From Deltaproteobacteria bacterium (lineage in GTDB: Bacteria; Myxococcota_A; UBA9160; SMWR01), in assembly GCA_032128375.1 (NCBI GenBank), contig JAQBGU010000097.1, positions 1-35,325 on the forward strand: 35,325 bases of DNA, in the 5' to 3' direction. The position numbers and the translations under genes are program-made. Under the pieces are notes generated by a model. It was not told the DNA's origin. It ran no database searches and was given only the letters and a program-made list of their open reading frames with translations. Within the stretch, counting starts at the first letter, position 1. Each line of letters opens with the position of its first letter. Positions 1-8,725 of this stretch are shown here, one piece after another.

Positions 1-222
1 CCCCGCTTCGAGAGTCGAAAGGACTCGGTCGATTCGAGAAGCCTCGTTGTGCGCGTGCAGTGAGGCCGGTCGCGCATCGATGCCGTGCCGGTCGAGCAGC
101 ACCCGCGTGCGCCGGGTGTCCTCTGCCAGCACCAATTCGGCTTCACCGAGCACCCGAATCGCGCGCAAGGTGATGTCTTCGAGGTTCCCAATCGGCGTCG
201 CGACGATGTACAGCACACTCAC
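1..222 (-). CDS. rsmI: 16S rRNA (cytidine1402-2'-O)-methyltransferase, 5' part (runs off window start)
   Basis: Not in ORF track. Manual translation from GTG at 222: [43 protein letters not shown]..., the RsmI N-terminal signature. Start overlaps the mtnA stop (GTGA). Confidence 0.93.
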   Translation of the reverse strand, partial: MSVLYIVATPIGNLEDITLRAIRVLGEAELVLAEDTRRTRVLLDRHGIDARPASLHAHNEASRIDRVLSTLEAG

Positions 223-1349
223 GACTCGGGCGACGCGCGCGAATCATCCGCCACCTGCGCGCACTCGGGATACAGCTCGAGCAACCCCTGGCGCGATGCT
301 GCGCAGATGCCCCGCTCTGTGATCAGCCCGGTAACGAGCCGCGCCGGTGTCACATCGAACGCGGGGTTGGCAACCGCGCTCGATTCCGGAAGCAGCCGGA
401 CTTCGACCAGCCGACCGTCGCTGGCCAGACCGCTGACATGACTGAGCTCGCGAGCGTCGCGCTCTTCGATCGGAATTTGCGCGATTCCGTCGTCGATCGT
501 CCAATCGATCGTAGAGTGCGGTAGCGCCACATAGAACGGCACCGCGTTGTCGTGCGCGACGAGCGCCTTCAGATAGGTTCCGATCTTGTTGCAGACATCG
601 CCGCACGCAGTCGTGCGATCGGAGCCGGTGATGCAAAGGTCGACCCGTCCGCGCTGCATCAGATGGCCGCCGGCGTTATCGGCGATCACCGTGTGCGCGA
701 CGCCGTGTTGTCCGAGTTCCCACGCCGTCAGACCCGCCCCCTGATTGCGTGGACGCGTTTCGCCGACCCAGACGTGGACCGGGATACCGCGGTCATGAGC
801 CAAATAGATCGGTGCGAGAGCCGTCCCCCAGTCGACCGTTGCCAGCCAGCCGGCGTTGCAGTGAGTCAGAATCTGCACCGGATCGTTGCCGCCCCGCTGC
901 TCGGCAATGGCCTCGATCAGGCACACGCCATGCGTTCCGATCTGGCGACACGTCTCGACGTCGGCATCGGCCAGCTGCCCGGCCCGCCGATAGGCCGCTT
1001 CGCTTCGATCGATGGCTGTGATTCCAGCGAGAGCCGCCTGCATCTCGTCGAGCGCCCAGCGCAGATTCACCGCGGTCGGTCGGGTAGCGATCAGTTTGTC
1101 GAGCGCGTGCGCCAAGGCTGCATCGCTCGGATCCGCAGCCATTTGCAGAGCCACTCCGTAGGCTGCGGTGACTCCGATCAACGGCGCTCCGCGGACCCAC
1201 ATCGCCGAAATCGCCTCGGCTGCCTGATCGAGGTGGTGAAGTGTGCGAACCACGAATGCGTGCGGCAGGCGGGTCTGGTCGATGATCTCGACGCTGCGAC
1301 CGTCATCGGCCAGCCAGATACTGCGGCGCGCGACCCCCTCGACGATCAT
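219..1349 (-). CDS. mtnA: S-methyl-5-thioribose-1-phosphate isomerase
   Basis: [48 protein letters not shown] and NPAFDVTP motifs. Start moved to ATG 1349 (MIVEG), just downstream of apt. Confidence 0.95.
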   Translation of the reverse strand: MIVEGVARRSIWLADDGRSVEIIDQTRLPHAFVVRTLHHLDQAAEAISAMWVRGAPLIGVTAAYGVALQMAADPSDAALAHALDKLIATRPTAVNLRWALDEMQAALAGITAIDRSEAAYRRAGQLADADVETCRQIGTHGVCLIEAIAEQRGGNDPVQILTHCNAGWLATVDWGTALAPIYLAHDRGIPVHVWVGETRPRNQGAGLTAWELGQHGVAHTVIADNAGGHLMQRGRVDLCITGSDRTTACGDVCNKIGTYLKALVAHDNAVPFYVALPHSTIDWTIDDGIAQIPIEERDARELSHVSGLASDGRLVEVRLLPESSAVANPAFDVTPARLVTGLITERGICAASRQGLLELYPECAQVADDSRASPES

Positions 1350-1365
1350 CGCCGCTGCCGCTGCT

Positions 1366-1893
1366 TCATTCGCCCTCGAACTCACACAGCGACACCACCT
1401 GGTGTCCACTCGATTCCAGTCGGGCACGCCCGCCGAGTTCTCGCAACTCGACCACGAACGCGCACGCGATGACTTTGCCGCCAATCTTCTGGATCAGGTT
1501 GGCAGCGGCCGCGGCGGTGCCGCCGGTGGCGATCAGGTCATCAACCAGCAGCACTCGCTCGCCGGGCAGCGTCGCGTCGCTGTGGATCTCGACACGGTCG
1601 GTGCCGTATTCGAGTTTGTAGTCCTCGCCCACGACCTCGAAGGGGAGCTTGCCCGGCTTGCGCACCGGGACGAACCCCACGCCCAGTTCGATGGCGACGG
1701 CGAGTCCAAAGATGAACCCGCGCGCCTCGACTCCAGCGACCTTCTCGACCTGCTGGTCGCGAAACGGGTCCGCGAGTGCGATGACGGACTCTCGTACGCC
1801 GACCGCGTTCGATAGCAGTGTCGTGATGTCTCGAAACATGATTCCCGGCTTGGGGTGGTCCGGAATGCTGCGGATCAATGCCTTGATGTCCAT
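1366..1893 (-). CDS. apt: Adenine phosphoribosyltransferase
   Basis: [32 protein letters not shown] and the PRPP-binding motif [12 protein letters not shown]. Confidence 0.97.
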   Translation of the reverse strand: MDIKALIRSIPDHPKPGIMFRDITTLLSNAVGVRESVIALADPFRDQQVEKVAGVEARGFIFGLAVAIELGVGFVPVRKPGKLPFEVVGEDYKLEYGTDRVEIHSDATLPGERVLLVDDLIATGGTAAAAANLIQKIGGKVIACAFVVELRELGGRARLESSGHQVVSLCEFEGE

Positions 1894-1938
1894 CGGTCGC
1901 CCTCGTGTGGCTGCGTCAGGTATCGGCCTTCCGGCAGT

Positions 1939-2796
1939 CTACAGGACCCGGCCCGCGACGGCGTCGAGTCGCTTGGCGGCGGCTGGATCGCGCGCTTCGG
2001 GGGCCGTGATGATGGCTCCGTCCAGCGATCGGTCACAACCAGCCGGACACGGGGTTGGCCGACTGTCGAGGTTCGGCGAAATTTTGGCGACCAATTTTCG
2101 CCCCAGATCTGCGTTGGATGTGAGCACGGCGAGTATGTCGATCACTTCCACCGCGGCGTGATCGTCGTGCCAGCAGTCGAAGTCGGTCACCATCGAGACA
2201 CTCGCATAACAAATTTCAGCCTCGCGGGCGAGCTTGGCTTCGGGCATGTTCGTCATTCCGATTACATCGGCGCCCCAACTGCGATACAGCTTCGACTCGG
2301 CACGGCTCGAAAACTGCGGTCCCTCCATCGCCAGATATACGCCACCGCGCTCGATAGGAATCCCGAGATCAATGGCAGCCGCTTCGAGCAGGTCGCCGAG
2401 CCGACTACATACCGGCTGCGCCATCGACACGTGCGCGACGAGTCCGGAACCAAAGAACGTCTTTTCTCTGGCAAAAGTGCGATCGATGAATTGGTCGACG
2501 AGAACGAACGTACCCGGGCTGAGAAGTTCGCGGAGCGAACCGCATGCACCGACGGAAATCAGGTCGGTCACTCCCACGCGCTTGAGGGCATCGATGTTTG
2601 CCCGGTAGTTGATTTCCGAAGGCGGAATCCTGTGACCGCGACCATGCCTGGGCAGAAAAGCGATTTCAGTTTCGCCGATCCTGCCGACCAGGATTTCATC
2701 GCTGGGCGACCCAAATGATGACTTCACGTCGCGCCATCGCGAGTCGCGAAGGCCTTCGATCTCGTAGATTCCGCTGCCACCAAGTACGCCAAGCAT
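1939..2796 (-). CDS. mtnP: S-methyl-5'-thioadenosine phosphorylase
   Basis: GVLGGSG, LPRHGRGH, NYRANI, EGPQFSSRAES, IGMTNMPEAKLAREAEICY and VTDFDCW motifs. Confidence 0.95.
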   Translation of the reverse strand: MLGVLGGSGIYEIEGLRDSRWRDVKSSFGSPSDEILVGRIGETEIAFLPRHGRGHRIPPSEINYRANIDALKRVGVTDLISVGACGSLRELLSPGTFVLVDQFIDRTFAREKTFFGSGLVAHVSMAQPVCSRLGDLLEAAAIDLGIPIERGGVYLAMEGPQFSSRAESKLYRSWGADVIGMTNMPEAKLAREAEICYASVSMVTDFDCWHDDHAAVEVIDILAVLTSNADLGRKLVAKISPNLDSRPTPCPAGCDRSLDGAIITAPEARDPAAAKRLDAVAGRVL

Positions 2797-2839
2797 GGGG
2801 TTCGCTAGCCTCCTGTCTCCCCGGTCCTGGGGGACTGCC

Positions 2840-3220
2840 GTGAACAGCCGAATCGCACTGGGTGCGGCTGGCGAACGCCGCGCCGCCCACTATTTGATGC
2901 GGCGAGGTTATCGGATCGTGGCCCGCAACGTACGCGCCGACCGGGTCGAAATCGACATCATCGCGAGACGTGGTCGCGTACTCGCCTTCGTCGAAGTCAA
3001 GACCCGACGCACCCATGCGTATGGCTATCCTGAAGATGCCGTCGATGCCCGCAAGCGGGCTCGTCTGGTACGCGGCGCGGCAGCCTGGCTACACGGCAAC
3101 CGGGATCAGCGACGCACGGGCCAGAGCATCCGTTTCGATGTGATCGTCTGCCAATGTGGTTCGGATCGAGCGGAGTGGCAGCTTCGCCACCTGAAGGGCG
3201 CGTTCGACGCTGGCGGCTAG
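2840..3220 (+). CDS. yraN: YraN family (UPF0102) putative endonuclease
   Basis: LGAAGERRAAHYL, EIDIIA, LAFVEVKTR, RFDVI motifs. Probable GTG start at 2840. Confidence 0.9.
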   Translation: MNSRIALGAAGERRAAHYLMRRGYRIVARNVRADRVEIDIIARRGRVLAFVEVKTRRTHAYGYPEDAVDARKRARLVRGAAAWLHGNRDQRRTGQSIRFDVIVCQCGSDRAEWQLRHLKGAFDAGG

Positions 3221-3263
3221 GGATGTGCAGACTTTCCACCGGTTGCACCCGCTGGCCCCTGAC

Positions 3264-3920
3264 TCATCGATCGGTGCGCCACGGTCGGTTTCCATATCGA
3301 TCGATCGAGACGACGTCCTCGATGGGGAGCCGCGTCGTCGGGCCGTAGCGACCCGTTGGCCAACCCACCGGGATCACCGCGCAGGGTGTCACGTTCCACG
3401 GCAGGCCGAGCGCACGCCGCGCCGCGAAGGTATTCCACAGCGGCAGAGTAATCAGCGCAGCCCCGAGTCCGACCGCACGCGCTGCGAGCAGGAAATTCTG
3501 GATCGACGGAAAGATCGAGCCGTAGTAGCTCGTCGCGGCGATCGCCGGAAACGGCGTCCGTGGGCCCTTGAGGCACGGGATGATCAACACCGGGATCTCT
3601 TCGAAATGATCAGCCTGCCACTGCACCGCGTCGAGCACCCGCAGCATCTTCGGATCGTGCTGATTCGAGCGGCGCCCCAACCGGCCGTACAGCGAGAAGG
3701 CTTGTCGGTTCCATTTCGCGAACTTCGCTTTGACCGCCGGGTCCCGCACCACGATGAACTCCCAGTTCTGCGCGTTCGAACCGGTGGGAGCTTTCAACGC
3801 GAGTTCGAGAAGCCGTCGGAGTAGCGCGTCGTCGACGGGGTCCGGCTTGAGTCTCCGGATCGCGCGCTGCGTCAGCATCGCCTCTTCGAGGGGCATATCG
3901 AGACCGGGTATGACGCCCAT
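3264..3920 (-). CDS. Nitroreductase family flavoprotein
   Basis: TQRAIRR..PDPV, APTGSNAQNWEFIVV, IQNFLLAARAVGLG, IPVGWP. GGAGGG RBS precedes ATG 3920. Confidence 0.88.
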   Translation of the reverse strand: MGVIPGLDMPLEEAMLTQRAIRRLKPDPVDDALLRRLLELALKAPTGSNAQNWEFIVVRDPAVKAKFAKWNRQAFSLYGRLGRRSNQHDPKMLRVLDAVQWQADHFEEIPVLIIPCLKGPRTPFPAIAATSYYGSIFPSIQNFLLAARAVGLGAALITLPLWNTFAARRALGLPWNVTPCAVIPVGWPTGRYGPTTRLPIEDVVSIDRYGNRPWRTDR

Positions 3921-4094
3921 GGACCCTCCGTGCCCTCCGGATTCGTCGCGCAGCGCGAGGAGGGCAGCGCGCCGCGTGCTGGGACCATACCCGACTCTAA
4001 CCCGTTCGTATTCCCACTGGCATTTTTTCATTCATCGGCGTTCGGCGGCTATGCGACGGATCGGCGAGCCACGCCAGAAGCGACCGTTCGCGCC

Positions 4095-4793
4095 TCATGT
4101 CTTCGTCGCCAGGTAGTAGTACTGGGCTCCGAGGGGGAGGCGCGCCAATGAAGGTTCAAGGAATCGCAGAAACGCGAGCTGACGCGGAAAGAAGAACAGC
4201 CAGCGCGCCTTGCCGCACTGGCTGAATCCTCCCGAGCGCAGCAGGCGACCCGCCTCGGGTGGGGAGATCGGAATCGCATCCCGATCGAACTCGATACGAC
4301 TCATGATGATTCTCGTACCCACGTTCCAGGGATTGTTCTCCATCAAGGCGAACTGCCCACCACGTCGAAGGGAACCCCGAATTCGACGCACGACTGCGAC
4401 GCGCTCCGACGGCTCGATGTGATGAAATACACCATTCACATAACAGAGGTCGAAGCGTTCTTCGCTGGGCAGCTCTGCGCTCGCCTCGAAGTGAACGCGC
4501 GCAGACCCGTGCTGGGACCGAGCTTCGCGAATTGCACCTTCCGCCGTGTCGAACCCGGTGACAGCCGCTTCTGGAAAGATCTCGGAGAGGAATGCGGTGG
4601 TATCACCCGTCCCGCACCCGTAGTCCAGGATGTGGCGCGGCTTTCGATGCGGGCCCAATTGTCTTTCGAGATCGAGAACACGCCCCTGTAGAAAATAGAA
4701 ACTATTCTCGCCGGAGATCCGCAGCGATCGATTCAAGTCGGAATCGTAAAGCGAACGATCCTCGAAGGCCGGCGGGGGCTGGTTGTCCGTCAT
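4095..4793 (-). CDS. Class I SAM-dependent methyltransferase
   Basis: ILDYGCGTG motif I, GFD acidic motif, FDL...VFHHI, LRRGG. Confidence 0.88.
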   Translation of the reverse strand: MTDNQPPPAFEDRSLYDSDLNRSLRISGENSFYFLQGRVLDLERQLGPHRKPRHILDYGCGTGDTTAFLSEIFPEAAVTGFDTAEGAIREARSQHGSARVHFEASAELPSEERFDLCYVNGVFHHIEPSERVAVVRRIRGSLRRGGQFALMENNPWNVGTRIIMSRIEFDRDAIPISPPEAGRLLRSGGFSQCGKARWLFFFPRQLAFLRFLEPSLARLPLGAQYYYLATKT

Positions 4794-5096
4794 ACCCCCG
4801 ACTCCTTCGACGCGCCGTTACACACGACTCTGGCTTCACTCCCGCGGTGAACGACGGGGCGCGGCTCTCGGAAGTGTCCGCACCACTGTGATGCCCCCAA
4901 TTGCAATCGTCGCTTGCGGGCTACCCACGATAGCAGCTTCGATCGTCTTGCGTCCGTTCCGAAAGGCCGTGCAACTCCAATCGCGAGCCACCCACCAATA
5001 CTTCGGATCCCGTCACTGGTCTGTACCGGTAGCGCCGGCGCAGTCGTCTCCTATAATCCGCCGACTCGGATCATCCCCTCCCCCGAGCACGGGTAC

Positions 5097-6191
5097 ATGT
5101 ACAAGCTCGTCACGGTTATCGGAGCGCGGCCGCAATTCGTCAAGGCTGCGGTCGTGTCTCGCGCGCTGCGGTCTCGTTTCGAGGAGGTCGTGGTGCATAC
5201 GGGCCAACACTACGACCACGGGCTCTCCGGTGTCTTCTTCGAACAACTCGGCATGCCCGCGCCAAACCACAACCTCGCCGTCGGCTCGGGCTCTCACGCC
5301 CAGCAAACCGCCGATGCGTTGGTTCGCATCGAGGAAGTGCTCCAAGCCGAAAAACCCGACCTGCTGCTGATTTACGGCGACACCAACTCCACGCTCGCCG
5401 CAGCCCTCGCGGCCGTGAAGCTCTGCCTGCCGATCGCTCACGTGGAAGCCGGTCCGCGCCTCTACAGCTGGCAGGAACCCGAAGAGGTCAACCGAATCGT
5501 CGCGGACCGCTTTGCCGCACTGCTCTTCTGCGCGACACGGACCGACGTCTCGAACCTGGCACGCGAAGGCATCCGTGACGGCGTATTTCTCAGTGGCGAT
5601 GTGATGCTCGACCTGTTCATGACCATGCGCGAGAGCGCCCGTGACACATCGATATTGGAGAGTCTCGATCTGACGCCCGGCGAGTACCTGCTCGCGACCG
5701 TCCACCGCGCGCGGAATACCGACTCTGACGAGAGGTTGAAATCGATTTTCGAAGCGTTCCTACAGGCGCAGGAGCCCGTGGTACTGCCGCTTCATCCGCG
5801 CACCGCAAAGAACCTGCAGCGCATTGGCTGGTACGACCGGGTCGCGGGCGCGGGTCACATCCGTCTGCTGGAGCCGCAGGGTTATGTCGAATTCATGAAC
5901 CTGCAGCTCGACGCCCGGATGATCATCACCGACTCCGGAGGGGTGTGTCGCGAAGCCTACTTCGCTCGCCGCCCCTGCCTCACGCTGTTTCCGTTCACCG
6001 CCTGGCCCGAGACGGCGGAAGACGGCTGGAACATCTGCGTCGACGCCGACACCGAGGCGATCTTGACTGCGATCCGCGACTTTTCGCCGACTCACGCCCC
6101 GCAGAACGTCTTCGGCGACGGAAGCGCCAGCGAAATGATCGCAGACGAGATCGCGAGGTACCTCGACAACCCGCGTCCGCTCTACGCCTAG
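5097..6191 (+). CDS. wecB: UDP-N-acetylglucosamine 2-epimerase (non-hydrolysing family)
   Basis: GARPQFVK, HTGQHYD, YGDTNSTLA, HVEAG, TVHR..N, HPRT, TDSGG, FGDG motifs. Start at ATG 5097. Confidence 0.9.
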   Translation: MYKLVTVIGARPQFVKAAVVSRALRSRFEEVVVHTGQHYDHGLSGVFFEQLGMPAPNHNLAVGSGSHAQQTADALVRIEEVLQAEKPDLLLIYGDTNSTLAAALAAVKLCLPIAHVEAGPRLYSWQEPEEVNRIVADRFAALLFCATRTDVSNLAREGIRDGVFLSGDVMLDLFMTMRESARDTSILESLDLTPGEYLLATVHRARNTDSDERLKSIFEAFLQAQEPVVLPLHPRTAKNLQRIGWYDRVAGAGHIRLLEPQGYVEFMNLQLDARMIITDSGGVCREAYFARRPCLTLFPFTAWPETAEDGWNICVDADTEAILTAIRDFSPTHAPQNVFGDGSASEMIADEIARYLDNPRPLYA

Positions 6192-6511
6192 CGGTAGCGA
6201 GAACAGCGGCGGCCCGCATCGAGAACCCGAATCTTTCCGCGAGCTCGCGATGATCGAGGAAAAACATGCCAGTGAGCGCCGCGGCGGTAACACCGGTCGT
6301 TGAGATAGGCGACCTCGCTGGGTTGAAACGTTCTCGCAGCGCGGACCATCCGATCGCGGAATTTGCGAACTCTACAGCATCGGGATCGGCTGCGGTGCCC
6401 GATCGTAGTCGCCCAACCAACTCGGCGAGCTTCATACGAAGTTGCGCGAATCTTGCGCAAGAACGCATTGCACCGAGAGCCGACATTTTCATCGCCATCA
6501 TATGAATCAAG

Positions 6512-6541
6512 TTGACTTGGTCAAATATGTTCGTTTAAGCT
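6512..6541 (+). promoter_or_regulatory. Putative sigma70 promoter of the cytochrome cluster with an overlapping palindrome
   Basis: TTGACT (6512-6517), 18-bp spacer, TAAGCT (6536-6541) in an AT-rich patch. The palindrome TTGAC-TTG-GTCAA (6512-6524) covers the -35. Confidence 0.45.
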
Positions 6542-6616
6542 GAGTGAATCAGTGGACACCGCCAATTCCTATTGGCTGTTGTCCAAGAAGATACGGCTGT
6601 ACTCCCCTGGCCCTTT

Positions 6617-6640
6617 GTTGATGTTGATGTTGATGTTGAT
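6617..6640. repeat. (GTTGAT)4 tandem hexamer
   Basis: Four perfect copies ending 11 bp before ATG 6652. Confidence 0.9.
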
Positions 6641-6651
6641 CTGGATTCGAA

Positions 6652-7143
6652 ATGCTCATCAAGTTGAAGTCGACGTTGAAGTCGACGCTCCTCACCCCTG
6701 TGCTCTGCCTGGTGGCAGTGGCGCTCGTGTCACCCGGTCCTGCGAGTCGCGCAGACAATCGCGGCACTGAGCACGACGGCGGCCGGAGCGACAATCAAGA
6801 CCGACGCGAATGGCGGATCTCGCCCCGCAAGGCGAAGGATGAGAATCCTCTGCTATCGGATGCCGTTTCGCTAGCGAAGGGCAGCGAGATCTACCTGGCC
6901 GAGTGCGAGAGCTGCCACGGTCGGGGCGGGCGGGGCGACGGTCCCGAGGCTCGAGATCTCGAAGCACGTGTTCCCGACCTTACGACCTCCGGTGCGATGG
7001 AAGAGCCGGACGGAGCGCTGTTTTGGAAACTGACTCTGGGCCGGAAGCCGATGCCCAGCTACGGCAAGCTGCTTTCGAACGAAGATCGCTGGCACGTCGT
7101 GAACTACCTGCGAACGCTCGAGTCAGGCGGCGAGAAACCGTAA
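6652..7143 (+). CDS. Monoheme class I c-type cytochrome, exported
   Basis: Signal-like hydrophobic N-terminus, NPL...G..IY...CESCHG..GRGDGP, GALFWK and MPSY (likely axial Met). Confidence 0.9.
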   Translation: MLIKLKSTLKSTLLTPVLCLVAVALVSPGPASRADNRGTEHDGGRSDNQDRREWRISPRKAKDENPLLSDAVSLAKGSEIYLAECESCHGRGGRGDGPEARDLEARVPDLTTSGAMEEPDGALFWKLTLGRKPMPSYGKLLSNEDRWHVVNYLRTLESGGEKP

Positions 7144-7177
7144 TTCTCTCTGGCTGCGTGAGAAACCTGAAGACCGA

Positions 7178-8503
7178 GTGAGTGGCCCAAGGTTGGAATC
7201 GAAGATGGAGACTGGGAACATCAAAAATTCGTTGAAGCAGCGACTGTTCTGTTTTCGGGGTCTCGTAGTCTTGTCTGGGGTCCTCGGTATGACGGCTGCG
7301 GGAGTGGGTGCCGCCACTCTCAGTGTATTGCGACAGCCCGCTCTGACGGAGAGCGTGCGCGGACTCGTGGTGGCGCAACAAGCCGGCTGCTTCGGCTGCC
7401 ATGGACCCGGAGGGGTCGGGGGCGGGCCGAACCCTGGCTCGGTCGACGGCGACGTGCCTCCGTTGCGGGCGAGCGGCGCGATGATGTTCTATGCGCAAAA
7501 CGAGCAGGAGATTCGCGAGTGGATCCTTCGCGGAATTCCAGCGCGATTGGAGCGCGAGAAGTCGTGGCAGCGTGGTCTCATCCAGATGCCCGCCTACCAG
7601 GGCAGGCTCTCTCGCGAGCAGGTGGACCACCTCGTCGCCTACGTGCAGTCGGTGTCACAGGTAGAACACCCGGTTGGTAAACTCCCGGCGGAGGGGCGCC
7701 GCACTGCCCAACGCTTGGGTTGCTTCAACTGCCATGGTCCCGAAGGCCGCGGTGGGCTGCCCAACCCGGGCAGCTTCGTCGGCATCATTCCACCGTGGGA
7801 CGGGAACGATTATCACGAGCTTGTGCACGACGACCAGGAGGTGCGGGAGTGGATTCTCGACGGTGTCAGTCAGCGCTTTGCCGGAAACCCGGCTGCGTCG
7901 TTCTTCTTGAACCGCCAGGCCATCCAGATGCCGGCCTATCGGGATGCCATCAGCGATGACGAACTCGAAGCGTTGGTCTCCTTCATCCAGTGGCTGCGCC
8001 AGACTGACCACGTGGTTGCGGAAGCGCCCGATTCGAATGCCTCCTCGATTTTGGGACCCGTCGAGCGAGGCGCGTGGCTCTACCGTACGTACGGATGTGC
8101 GACGTGCCACGGGCCCGACGGCGTGGGCGGAGTTCCCAACCCCAACGCCGCCGGTGGTTACGTTCCGGCCCTGACAGACCTGGCGGACAAGCTCGAGATA
8201 TTCGAGCCCGAGCATGTCTCCGCCTTGCTCGAAAGACTCGAGCGAGGCATTGGCATCGAGGCGATGGCGGACGACCCGCCGATGCCGGAGTTCGATACAT
8301 TCCTGGACCGCTACCTCGAGATGCGGCTCCTTGTCCTGCGTGGGGACAAGGCCAGTAAGCGCGACCCCGACGGCGCGGAGCCGCCACTGCGAATGCCCGG
8401 TTGGCGCGGGTTGATGCACGACAGCGGACCCATCACGGCGGCAGAAATCGACTCGGTCTTCGGCTATCTGCTCACGCTTCAGGATTTCAGCGAGGATGTG
8501 TAG
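7178..8503 (+). CDS. Triheme c-type cytochrome (three tandem class I-like modules)
   Basis: CFGCH, CFNCH and CATCH, each followed by GPxGxGGxPNP and later MPAY/MPAY/MPGW. Hydrophobic N-terminal segment. Start may be ATG 7205. Confidence 0.88.
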   Translation: MSGPRLESKMETGNIKNSLKQRLFCFRGLVVLSGVLGMTAAGVGAATLSVLRQPALTESVRGLVVAQQAGCFGCHGPGGVGGGPNPGSVDGDVPPLRASGAMMFYAQNEQEIREWILRGIPARLEREKSWQRGLIQMPAYQGRLSREQVDHLVAYVQSVSQVEHPVGKLPAEGRRTAQRLGCFNCHGPEGRGGLPNPGSFVGIIPPWDGNDYHELVHDDQEVREWILDGVSQRFAGNPAASFFLNRQAIQMPAYRDAISDDELEALVSFIQWLRQTDHVVAEAPDSNASSILGPVERGAWLYRTYGCATCHGPDGVGGVPNPNAAGGYVPALTDLADKLEIFEPEHVSALLERLERGIGIEAMADDPPMPEFDTFLDRYLEMRLLVLRGDKASKRDPDGAEPPLRMPGWRGLMHDSGPITAAEIDSVFGYLLTLQDFSEDV

Positions 8504-8725
8504 CTAGCGACGCCGGGAGAGCGAAGCGTCAACGGTCCGGCATCTCCAAAGGGGCGAAACGCCCCAAGCGACAGCCGTTCGTCGGCGCTGCATTCGATTC
8601 GCACGTCGGTAATACAACATCCGGTCTGCCTCGGCTTGCTTTGGTTCAAGCGGGAGCCCCGATCAGTCGATGCTGCGGGCGACCAAATTGCTCTCTTTAT
8701 AGCAACCGGCCGGGGGGGGCTCGGG

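Noticed and set aside
5995..6510. Short ORFs between wecB and the cytochrome cluster (5995-6510 -, 6188-6460 -, 6266-6505 +)
   Set aside because: No recognisable motifs and they overlap each other. 6266 has an RBS-like GAGGA but no other support.
6512..6524. Canonical FNR box
   Set aside because: The spacer is 3 bp rather than 4 and the half-sites are TTGAC; kept only as an unassigned palindrome.
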